Assembly: GCF_964355755.1 (NCBI RefSeq)
Contig: NC_092676.1
Location: forward strand, 873,788 to 937,787
Length of the DNA: 64,000 nt
Source of the DNA: Antedon mediterranea
Lineage: Eukaryota; Animalia; Echinodermata
Direction of reading: 5' to 3'
Part shown: positions 26,581-38,431 of the stretch, piece after piece
How positions within the stretch are numbered: the first letter of the stretch is position 1
Layout: every line of letters begins with the position of its first letter
Made by a program: the position numbers and the translations under genes
Notes under the pieces: generated by a model
Told to the model about the DNA's origin: nothing
Databases searched by the model: none
The model's input: the letters and a program-made list of their open reading frames with translations, nothing else

Positions 26581-29216
26581 GTTTACATTTTCTACACTTA
26601 CTTCAAAACAATGAATACAAGTGAATAATGTTAAAACCACTTCATGTTTTAAAAAACCAATGTGGACCATCGAAAAAATTAGCGCCTCCAATGATCTGAG
26701 GAAAAATAATTGAATATTCATTCAATAATGAATGAAATGTGTCAGACATATTACCTAACAATTTACGAATTTAAATAAAACTATCTAAACTGTACTATTT
26801 AGTTATCAAACGGTTTGATTCTTAGCTGAGACGGCTGCCACGTCACTATACCGTAATGGATCATGATTACACAATAAACATTGATATAATCTTGTAATTC
26901 TTGTACATAACGAGGAGTGTAGAATACGATAGTAGATCTTGAATGATCTTTTTATAGAACTGATTTTTAAGGAGCCAGGTACACAATCCCCGTCGAATCC
27001 CCCGGGAATCAGGATATAATACAGTTTATACGTCTGCGCATGCGTAGTTATAATTGAATTGCGACTAGAATGGGGGTTATCGTAAAATTCCTTATTTTAC
27101 GCCCTGTAGACATGTGATCCCGAGGCGTTTACTAGCAATGATATGTAGATGACTTTGGACAAGTTAGGCTGAAATATGCTTGTTAATTAACCATTTAGTA
27201 GATATAATCATGCAGTCACGTGACGTCATTCTGACAAGACGATGTAGGTCATCAAGAAGAAAAAAATGTGATTTTGTCAACTAACAATTTAGGAACATTA
27301 TGTTAACAATTTTTCTGTTTTTAATACATCTCAGAGCAAACATAATGTTAATGTATATTTTATATGCAAATGACAATAAATGGAAGTAATTTTCCACTGA
27401 TGAATGAAAAAGAAAGTAATAACCAATAAAATGACTACGTAAGTTGCTGAAAATAGTGTATGCTTACTTTGGGAAAAAGAATTTCTGAAGCCTGGGATAT
27501 ATCCTGTGTTCTATCAATAAATTTACAAAAAAAGTTTTCATAATATTCTTTTTAAAAGAAGACCTGGAACTGACATTTGTGACCTCTTTAATATTTAACA
27601 TAATGATGCATCGTTTTCGGATTAAGTTCACTGAATGACTCTCACGCACCTAGATGTCATCTTTTGTATAACTTTCTTGGCTTTAATAATCTTTGTATTA
27701 GTCACTTTCCCGTACCCTTCACTCTGGACAGTTTATTACCGTAATAATAAATCAATAATCTACAGTATTTCTTTATTTCAATTTATCTACATACAGTATT
27801 AAAAACTAAAACACAATTTATAACGTCTGATATCTGATCGCAATAGGCATTACACGGGTTATGGCGTCCACAAAGACCGATACTCTTGTAAAAACAGTAA
27901 TTGTGAATAGTTCATGAACCACCAATCAAGAAGAAGATAATAACATAGCTGAAAAGAACTGACATTAACAAACTTGAAGAGAACAATGCATGGTTTAATA
28001 AAATTTAAATTATGTTTAATTTGCAAGAGTGTACATGAAAACTAACAATTCTTGCCAAAGGTTATCGGAAGGTGCGAACGTACGTCATACAAAAGGTAAG
28101 TGCTTTCTCCAATACATTTTTACTAATCGTACCATCAGTTCAAGTATAGGCTGCCTTAAAAGACTTACAATGGTATTATTGGATAAGAAAAGTAATTTAA
28201 TCAGAAACAATCAAAACCTTGATTTAGTGTCGCAAAACAAAACTTTCACAAAGAAACGAAATAAGTTCAAAGATGCGAAATATAATGTATTTTTTCCAGA
28301 TCGTCGGTCAGTGCACTGATGTGAATGATGCTGGGAAGTTTCCAGAAGAAACAATTTAAAAAGACTGAAAAAAGAAAAACTTGACGCAACGCCAAAATGA
28401 CCTTAAACATGTTATTACATTTGAAGGCATTTGACTTTGCTTCAAACATGTACAGTATAAATTATCAGGGACTTTCCTGAGTGTTATAAAGTATGCTTAA
28501 ATATTATTATCGCACAATATAAAATAAAGACTGAGATTACAACAGTGAAAACATAATATAACTGCGTTGTGACAATGATTGGGTTCATGAACCAAACCCA
28601 TTGAGTGGATACAATAGACCTTCTAATCCAGGTAAATTACTAGGTCCGAACGCATCCTACAGTATGTTTGACACTATATGTATTTTGGAGTGATAAAAAC
28701 ATAATTATAGAGTTTATAGAATCTATAATATTATTCATTCTTAGTAGGCTCTATTTTATGAAATTAATCACACTGTAGAACGTTGGTTTATTAACTTACA
28801 ATTACACTAACACACAAATGTTCTAAAGACGACTTCAATTTAATACAACAATGAATGATTTCACACCCACCGCCAAATTTGAGTTTAAACCGTCTTATAT
28901 TTAAAATGTCAAAGAGACTGAATAAATAGCAAACAGCTGTATACCAACACATAAAATCAAATCGACGCATTTGTCTTCAGGTCAGTCAGATATTTCCAAT
29001 TAGAAACTTTGAAATGATGTCATGGGGTTTTATCCAATGAACCAGTCATAGGAAGTAAACCTAATTGACGGGAAAACACGAAACATTCATAAAGGCACTG
29101 GCATACAGAGTGCGTCAAACACTGACGAAACCTGCGTGCAGTCAATACTTACGCGGGCAGGGAGCACATTTCAAGATATTGTATTTTAAAGCTAACACAC
29201 TCTAGGTATTTTAATC

Positions 29217-30956
29217 ATGGAACTTAACTTGATTTTGGTGTTGTTTACATTTGGCTTGGCCAGTGGGTTCGAATTTGTAATTGAACCAAAAAGCATAACA
29301 GCTTTGAAAGGTGAAGATGTGTTGTTATCCTGTTCGGTGACGGGAGTTTCTGATCGTGGGACAATATTTTGGCAGCGAGTGAACACTGGACGATATATTA
29401 GTATGGACTATGTTGTAGATCCATATGATATGTTTGGAGATGACATGAAAGATAGGTATAGAATCATCGGCGAGCCGTCTGTTGGTGAGTACTCATTGTA
29501 CATAACCAATGTTAAGAGGTCAGACATTGGCAGATACGCTTGTTTATATAACGAGCCATCTGGTTTAAAGACAATCAGTCGTCATGCCACGCTAAGTGTA
29601 CTAGTACCACCAGGTCCCCAGTATCCAAGATGTCGAGTTGAGCCCGAGGGAGCGGTTGTTGGCGCCGCTGTTGATCTAATCTGCGACTCAGAAGGTGGGC
29701 TTCCACCAGCAACTCTGACATGGTTCCGTGGTAATGAGATTTTAGATGGAAATTATGGTAAATCAGGAGCAATGACAGAGAATCGTTACCGAAAAGTATT
29801 ACAAGCCACCGATCGTGGAGTAGAATTTGTTTGTGAAGCCTCGGGAATCGCGATTGGAAATACTTTGCGTACTTGCTCATTAACTCCGTTAGGTCTTGAC
29901 ATTTCTGTTCAAATAAAGCCACAAATTAAAGTTGCGAATGAAGGTTCTAGAGCAACGTTTACATGCATTGCACCAGGTGATATGAACAATTATGACGTGT
30001 ACTGGTCACTCGGCGAAGAAGAAATACATTTGGAAGATCCAAGACTATCATTTAGAGATGGTCATCCTCGATTAAGAATAGATCCTGTCAAATTGAGTGA
30101 TCATGGCAAAATGGTTGCATGCATAGTATATGACTTTCATGGTTTTCGGGGCAATGCCTCATCTGTACTATTTGTTACTAAAACCGAAATAGAACAACCT
30201 TCTAAAAATACAATTGTATTCGAGATGGAACCAGCGTCTGAAATACCTACTAAAATAAGTGTAGTTGCATCGGTTGAAGGAGCTGCTAATGGTGTGTTCA
30301 CAGCAGATCTGCCCGCTGCTGACCAGGCTACCGCTGGAAATCCTAACTCCGGTAGTGTTAATCCTTCTGTTTCACCAAAAGCAGGTAAAGAAATGGTAAC
30401 AACTAAAACTGATTCACCATCGCCCTCACCAGGTGCTGAAAAAAATAATCCATCGATGATATTTACTAATCACTTTGCAATGCCAACTGTCGGTGACAAT
30501 GCAGAAAATGCAACCACACCACCACCAATTAACCGAGGTGACACCCCAAACCAGAACATCCAACCAACAGAGATCTCAACTGAAACAAATCAGACCGCTA
30601 ACCCAATGATGGAAACAACAGCATATGTTACTGATGAACTCAACGCGAACGAAGTAGAATTACCTGAACTACAGAGTGACGTTCATGCAGAAGATGACGT
30701 CGAAGCAACTGAAGAAAATGTTAACGAAGTAAACGATGACGCGCCAGTAGTTGTCGATACTCCTGCAGACAACAAGAATGAAACTAACAAAGTAGCAAAT
30801 AATTTAGAAGGTACAGATACCGATACTGTAGCAGACGAAAATGAAGAAACAGCTGTAAGTGGACAAACCATTCGAATTAGGATCATCTGCAGTGTGCTTG
30901 CAGTTGGAGTAGTTTTAATAGGTTTTGGATTTTGGAGATTTAGCAAGACACGATAA
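29217..30956 (+). CDS. Ig-superfamily type I membrane protein, paralog of 11886-15494, 579 aa
   Basis: Signal peptide MELNLILVLFTFGLASG; YSLYITNVKRSDIGRYAC; LICDSEGGLPPATLTW...FVCEA; EGSRATFTC; acidic/Thr-rich stalk; TM IICSVLAVGVVLIGFGFW; tail RFSKTR; branch point GCTAAC and acceptor TCTAG at 29191-29205 before the ATG. Confidence 0.93.
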   Translation: MELNLILVLFTFGLASGFEFVIEPKSITALKGEDVLLSCSVTGVSDRGTIFWQRVNTGRYISMDYVVDPYDMFGDDMKDRYRIIGEPSVGEYSLYITNVKRSDIGRYACLYNEPSGLKTISRHATLSVLVPPGPQYPRCRVEPEGAVVGAAVDLICDSEGGLPPATLTWFRGNEILDGNYGKSGAMTENRYRKVLQATDRGVEFVCEASGIAIGNTLRTCSLTPLGLDISVQIKPQIKVANEGSRATFTCIAPGDMNNYDVYWSLGEEEIHLEDPRLSFRDGHPRLRIDPVKLSDHGKMVACIVYDFHGFRGNASSVLFVTKTEIEQPSKNTIVFEMEPASEIPTKISVVASVEGAANGVFTADLPAADQATAGNPNSGSVNPSVSPKAGKEMVTTKTDSPSPSPGAEKNNPSMIFTNHFAMPTVGDNAENATTPPPINRGDTPNQNIQPTEISTETNQTANPMMETTAYVTDELNANEVELPELQSDVHAEDDVEATEENVNEVNDDAPVVVDTPADNKNETNKVANNLEGTDTDTVADENEETAVSGQTIRIRIICSVLAVGVVLIGFGFWRFSKTR

Positions 30957-31065
30957 TGTAATTTGTCAAAACCATTACGATAATGGTTGATGTATGTGGT
31001 GTAACAGTGCTGATGAATTTTAACTTAGTGCAAACTATATTCAACACAGTGCAAGATTATATGCA

Positions 31066-31168
31066 TTAGGCTTGGTTCCAACTTGGACGCAACGCAATTT
31101 TACCACCACGACGCGATGTGCCGTTGCACCTACGTTACTGCGTTGCGTCTAAGTGGAAACCAAGCTTT
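31066..31168. mobile_element. MITE family A, short copy in the likely 3' UTR of the second Ig gene
   Basis: TTAGGCTTGGTTCCAACTTGGACGCAACGCA...TGCGTTGCGTCTAAGTGGAAACCAAGCTTTA. Confidence 0.75.
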
Positions 31169-34100
31169 AAAGTTGTCTTTACGTGATATCAATTTACTGT
31201 ACAAAAGTTTATTTTTTAGAATAAAAGACGCCTCAGAAAGTCCAAAAAAAGTTTCCTAATGTGATAAATATTAATACAAATTTTGATTATTTGGTGCCCA
31301 CTATTTTATTATGGTATGTCGGTCGGTCCATTTTTATTTTGGCGGGATTTTCTAGCCTTTGTCCATGGGTCTTTGTACATTGTCCGTCCGAAATACTGTA
31401 AGACTTGCATTAAATAATTCGTTATTTTTTCAAATACAATCAACAATGTATAGTGATAACTTTATTATAATGTATGTGTTATAAAATTAACTAAACACCA
31501 TTGATCTGGTAAAGTTGTGTTTCGTAATTTTGATGATATATTACTCATATTTTTTATAATGCAATACTCTACTCTGTGTATAATAAAATTATTTAGTTAG
31601 AATTATAATACTTACTACTTTTATTTTCTGTAATTTTGTATTATTGTGTTTTCATTAATTATTACGTTTATCGTTGATTCGGATGTTGTTATAAGTTTAT
31701 AAATAAACTATATTTAATTATTTTGATAGGATAAGTGAACATTTAATTTTAATATTGAGAGTATCGATATATAGCTGTGTAATATATCAACTTCACGAAT
31801 AAAACACAAAATTGAACAATCTGTATACGTCATTTATGTATTATCTTTTGACATTACAGTACAACATCGCGCGTTGAGCGACATAAAGTCGACGCGCGCG
31901 TGTAAAAAGGTATTATCAACGCACACCTTAGAATTGAGAATGATTCATTTTTCCGTTTCTTCTTGTATAGGCCTACTTCCTGTGTAGAGCCTCAACAATT
32001 CAGGGTTGTAAGTTAACAATTGCTTTAGATTAAATTTCTAGATGATGATCAGTGTTTATTAACTTCACATTGTCTTTTGACGTATTATTCGGTTTTTTAC
32101 TTTCAAATTTCCAGAAAGGAAACGCGAATAGTCTCCAGTGAAAACTAGAACAAAAGTGAAATTGACTTGCAGATACATAACTCAAATAGTTCATCAAAAT
32201 GAAATGTTTATTTTATACTAATTACACATTAGTGTAACTTATAACACAACTTAACAAAAAGAAACAGCTTCGATCAGCGCTTAGATGATATCTTCATTTA
32301 ACCAAAGGTAACCTTTGTAATGTTTTATTCATGAATCACATAAATTAAAACATGAGTCAACAATATGAAACATTATATCATTAATGTCGTATTTTGTAAT
32401 GTATAGCATAAAGTGATAGTCAGGTGACGGGGAACTGCACATCAAACACACTTACTTGTACCTATGTAACCTTTTACTTTGTAAATGTAATTAAATGCAA
32501 TAGGCCTATAATAATGATGTTTCAGTTACAAAAGTAATCAATAAAATATAAAATTAGAATCAAAGGATTTTGAACCAAGACTATAGTTTCTGTAAACCTC
32601 ATATTATCTAGATTACCTTACTTTTATTCAATCATTATATAATATTACATTGCACAATTTAAGCTAAATATTTATTTTCCACATTTTATACCAATCATTG
32701 AAAACTATAAATATTGAATCTATCAGAAAATGACAGAATGTACATGCAGAGTCCAGATGATTCGGAATAATTGATGTTGACATTTTGTCTTTATGATGTG
32801 TCCTGCTTTTATTGTGAATGACACCTGACCATAAAATGATGAATGTGCTGAGGTTTGACAGATACTGATTGTTAGACCTTAGGCCTAATGATTCTTAAAT
32901 TGAAAGTAAAATAATGCAGACCAGCAGTAGGCCTAGTAATAATAATTATATTATTTTTAGGCGAGGCTAAATGTAGGTCTAGGCTAGTGCCTATTTATAG
33001 CCACAATACGTGAAAAGAATTTTTTTAAATAGGTAGGAAAAGAACACCAGGGCTAGGACTTCCTACCCTCTCCCATTAGATATCATGGTAGACTGCCTAT
33101 GCTTGAGACATCAGTCCAAGTCGCCCTGCTCCTCGTCCTCGATGATGGCTCTAAAATAAATAGTAGGCCTAGGAATAAGGCCACATGTGCCTACTGGTAT
33201 AAAGACAGGAGATATGGAATTTCTGAAAATAAGGTAATGTATACTAAAGCAATGTCTTTATAGTGTAATAAATAAATACTTACCACCAAAACAGATGATA
33301 AAATCCAAAATTAAATAACGTAACGTAAGTACGACGCGCAGACTACCTACTACAGACGGCTTCTTATGACACAGCGCCCCCAACCACTACCAAATATCTT
33401 TAAATCTTTGTTGAAATTAATTAACTTTTTAAAAACCAATTAGGGAGTCGATTTTTTCATTTTCAAAGGAATAAAAAAATACCGGCTAGTATGAATCCAT
33501 TTGATATGTCACTGTTTTTTAATCCTTTATAATTAGTTCACTTTGCACTCGTGTCTGTTTCACTACCGTTTTAATCCAGGGGGATATTGAACAGGAACTA
33601 TTCAGCATAATGATGGACATTAACTAAAACTAAACAACTAACTTACCACCAACCAACTAACATTATACGTGTTGGCCTAACTATTGAGCATCGGCAGTTA
33701 TATAAAGTTTCGTCCACAGCCTCAACTGTCATCATTACTAGATTTAAACACTCTTGTTTAAGTATCGGCATTTATAGCGTTTTTCTGGTTTTTGTTTTGT
33801 GTTTTTTTTTAATCCGTTCTCAGAGTCGACGATGTACGGAATCCGGAACACTATTCCCAGTTTCATGATTTTTTTTTATCTCCGGCCAATGAACCGAACA
33901 TTTTTTTCCTTGATGTAAATCTAAAATCTTAGTATCGAGTTAAACCTAATCCCCTAAATCAGGCTTTCTTAACGTTGCTTAGGATTACAGTAATACTTAA
34001 TGCATGATACCTTGTGCTAATTTTAGAAGTTAAGTTGTGGTAAGGACTTCCTAAAATAATCTAATTATAATTATTATATTCACTTGAGAGCATTATAGGC

Positions 34101-34189
34101 CGACCGCGTGCTTTACATGATGATGCTTTTGTATAGGTCTACCATTGAATTAATAAAAAATGCTGTATAATTATTTTTGTTAGGTAACG

Positions 34190-34341
34190 CTATTTCCACT
34201 ATAGAACGCAAGGCACGGACGTAAGCGCAAACGCAAGCGACTTGACCGATGACAAGCGACAGTTTCGGATGATCATTCGATCGTAGTGTAGCTCACGTTG
34301 CGCTTAACGTCGTTGAGTTGCGTCCTAGTTGGGAACCAAGC
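34190..34341. mobile_element. MITE family A copy
   Basis: TTTCCACTATAGAACGCAAG...TTGACCGATGACAAGCGA...GCGTCCTAGTTGGGAACCAAGC. Confidence 0.65.
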
Positions 34342-35524
34342 AACACACGATTGTTGTATACGATTGATGATCCAACATCGGTCTATCATTCGGTAAGCAC
34401 TGTTCTTTGGCTGATTTTGACGTATCACTATAATGTTGGTTGCTTCCTACAATCCCCAATAGAATGGGTACGAATTACAGATCACATGGTACTATATTCA
34501 CCTTTTGAACTCTATGTAATATGGTACATGTGGTTTTCATGTTCCTTTTCAGGCAAAAACAGGCAAAAGAGTTAGCAGTTTTCAAATTGTAAAGCATAAA
34601 TAATTACAACAAACAGTTCATTTTTTGTTTGTCACAAACCACTTAAAATGAATCTTCCCATCCGATAATCGTACAGTAGAGACAAAACTGCAGGAATTTG
34701 CAGTTTGGTTGCTATTTCATGAACTGATAAGAGTCATCCCTTTTCCATTGTTAGCTTGCGCATGCATCTTACGCGCGCGTGCCAATGTGGTTGAAGCACA
34801 CACAGTTTTCACATTTACATCTAATGTCAAAATCTTACAGAATTAAAGTCACTATTGCTACAGTATTCGTTAACAGATCGTACGGAAGATGTCATTAAGA
34901 TTTTAGTAGACAGATCATCGTTCACACAGGATAAGGTAATTACCTTAAAAACCCAATATAAAATGATGGACATATTCCTTCCCGCTTGCCCTCTGGCACG
35001 CCCCTATTCACAACATCTTTAACATTTCCTAAATCAACCCGGTCTGTTGTCTGCACGCAACAAAATACGCTAGCGTTAAATTTTATTGCCAAGTGATCGA
35101 ATTATCAAGTAATTGTTCTTGACTTTTAAAACGTCTAATAGATGTCATATTTCTTACACAACAAATGATGTTAATGTCTACCACTATTTGATCATCTATG
35201 ATAGTTTGTTGTCTGAAAGCACTTTCAGACATAAAAAAAAACATCTTAACACAGCTGTTACCTTTCTTAAAAATTAATTTTATGTCAACAAAATTATTCA
35301 AAACGAAACTTTAAAACAATTATCTTAATACATTCTCTTCAGATTTACTGTAAATTAAGCATGAAATATCAATAAAGTTATAGACATATCAAAATCGTAT
35401 AACGACTTTTTATATTTAATTTAGCAAGTCATTGCAACCCGTTTAGTTATGCTATAGGCATAGAGTGGCATAATGCAATGTCAATTGAGTTGTGTATAAA
35501 AGACACATTAGGTTTGGTTCTCAT

Positions 35525-35845
35525 TAAAGCTTGGTTCCCACTAGGACGTGCAAGCGAGTTGACCAATCACAAGCGATGGATTATTCAAACTGTCGCTTGC
35601 CTCAAAGGTCAACTTGCGTCTTGCGTCGCGTATACGCCGATGCGTTGCGTGGTGGTCTCTAAAGCGTGGTTCCCACTAGCGACGCAACGCAAGGACGTAA
35701 CGCAACACAAGTGAATTGACCTATCACAAGCGATGTCTTATTCGCTTGTTATTGCTAACTGTTTATAACTTCGCTTGTCATTGGTTAAAACGCTTGCGTT
35801 GCGTTTACGTCGTTGCGTTACGTTTCTAATGGGAACCAAGCTTTA
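35525..35845. mobile_element. Two adjacent MITE family A copies (truncated 35525-35655; complete 35660-35845)
   Basis: TAAAGC(T/G)TGGTTCCCACTAG left ends twice; right end TAATGGGAACCAAGCTTTA; long internal inverted arms. Confidence 0.85.
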
Positions 35846-37472
35846 GTGGCACTTTTCGGTTACTTTGGGCCACACACAATTATGCTGAATCAGTTTATTT
35901 CAGCAAACATTGAAACGAAAATACCGTTTTAAACTTTGAAACCCTCAAAGGGAATGTTTAATTAGTTGGAAGAACTGTAGAAAACTGATAATGTTCGAGG
36001 TGGCATTTTAGTTTAAATTAATATTACGACAATTAACAAATCCCACGTTCGTTTTGTGATTCTGGGATATTTTGAAGGTTTCCGTGAAAGTATGAATTGT
36101 TTCGAACTAGCTCCTTGAGAGATTGCGAGATAATGAGTAGGGTTATGTTATGAGCCAACTAACACATTTGTTAACAATTAACATCTTCAACACTAGGTTT
36201 TAGCATTTTTAAACCGATGGGCAAAACCTATATAATTGTGGTATTATTAATTAATCTTGACCTTCATAATGTATATTGGTCAACGATAAGCATAAGTAAA
36301 TCAATAAAAATAAGTTAAACCATAGACCATAGTTCCTTTACAAGTTATACCAAAGGTCATCAAACTAAACTACATTATCCCTTAAATAATCACGAATATA
36401 GAAATATATTTTAATGAATGGTAGTAAGACAAAACAGGGTTGGGGTCGCCGTATCAGATTCCTTATCTAACTAAACTAAAACTGAACTGCAGATTTACTT
36501 ACAGTATTTAAGTTCCTATACCTGAACTTAGATTCTAGAAAAAAAAACATACACGTTAACAAATTCCTTCAACAAGAACAATCTTAAGTATAATAATATT
36601 TGTATAAAATGTTTTTTTTTTTACAAAAATGTAAACAGCTCTAAACAACATGATATATTAACTGAAAGACTAATTAATGCATATTCATGTGGAGAACAAA
36701 TACAGGAAATTTAATTATTATTTTTAGCATGTAATGGCCATAATTGGGTATTAATAAGATTATGAATCATCTTCTGTTGCACACCATACTTAAAAGCATA
36801 ATTGAAGGTCGTTTCTACGACGAAACTTTTTTTAACAACAAAATGAAAAGTTTTCATCTTAAAATATCTACTAATAATATTTAGAAAAATATATATTATT
36901 TGAGTGTATTGATCTTAAAATTTACCAAACAAATTAAGATTATTTTAACAAGTGGTTGACTAGAATATTTACTGCTTTATCAACTTTTATATTGAATTCT
37001 CACATCTTATCTTTTATTTAGAAGTCATGATGAAAAAAAATCTAAGCCTAAGAAGAGAAACTAACTTTCTTAAACCAGAACTTCTTCCCTGCTTAAATTA
37101 AGCTTTAGTATATAAAAAATAGATCTATAATTTCTATGAACCTCATTTAATAGACGACTCCTTATCCATATTAGTTAAAAAAAAACGTTTTCTCTATGTT
37201 AAAAAAGCAATGGTAAATGTACTCATCTACATGATATCATCCAGTGCCTAATTGTCATATTTTGTATAACAAAAAAAAATGTATTATGACTGTTATCAAA
37301 CAGTGATTTATTATTACGTAACAAATGATCTTTTTCCGGCAGCACAGACCTAAATTCAATTGTCGAACCGTTATACCTTTTAAACAAGGTATTGTAACCT
37401 TCTCTTTGCACGCATGCGCACACAATAATAAGTAATAGTTATATATTATTATTTGTTTTGGTTTTCTGCTTC

Positions 37473-37574
37473 TAAAGCTCCGTCTACACTATCAAACTCT
37501 ATGTGACAAAAAATGTGATGTGCCCATGGACATACTTTTTTGTCAAACTAGTTTGATAGTGTAGACAGAACATT
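37473..37574. mobile_element. Harbinger-type MITE family B copy
   Basis: TAAAGCTCCGTCTACACTATCAAACT...AGTTTGATAGTGTAGACAGA; homologous to 802-958. Confidence 0.75.
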
Positions 37575-38431
37575 AGTAATACAATCATATTTGCACAATA
37601 CAATCTAATGTTATGTAAATAGAACAGCTGAATAGAAACCAAATAAGTTAATATTATTAGTGGTACTTTGAAATTCAGAAGATCAAGGATAAAACTGTCG
37701 CCACCATTTGATGAATCATCTTATACTTTAGATGATAACAAATTAAAGATACCGCAATCAAGGATCATGTCAAACATAAAGGCTGCAGTACTTGGAACGT
37801 TTACAAATCACCAATTTTTTGTAGCAAAAAAAACCCATAAAAATAAACACAACATGAAGTCACACACACTTATCTCAAATTATCTTAAAACTACCATACC
37901 AAACAATAGACTTTTTCGTAAAATGTGAAGTTAAATTGATACACATGAATGGCCGGTGCTATGTATCTTCTTTTTAGACTTTACTGCTTTTGAAGTATTT
38001 TCAATCATTTATTAACTGGTAATTACGTCATCGGTTTTGAGATTTATAAACCTGCACATGCTGTACGAAATATGTTGATGCTGAGGGCGCAAATCACATG
38101 AATTAAGTCTAATCTTGAGAATACAATTCAAAGAAATATGACATTTTCTTGATAGACATGAACTAGTTTAGTAAGTTTTGACGTTACAAAAACACATGCA
38201 CAGTTGTTCATTAGGCAAGCCATAAAATAGATATTATAATTTATCTATGGGCAAGAAAAATGAACTTTTCTTAGTTTATCGATCTTTTATTATTATTGAC
38301 ATATTACAATATATAATATGTGTTTCATATGGTCTGGTAGTATGTTTAATATACAGCTGGGACTGAACTTAACGTTCATCGGAAGGTACTCTCGTAGTTA
38401 TGTTTGTTGAAGATTACCAATCCAATAATAT

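Noticed and set aside
15500-29200. A third Ig paralog or pseudogene between the two genes
   Set aside because: No Ig-like ORF in the track and none recognised by eye; a tBLASTn search would be needed to exclude decayed remnants.
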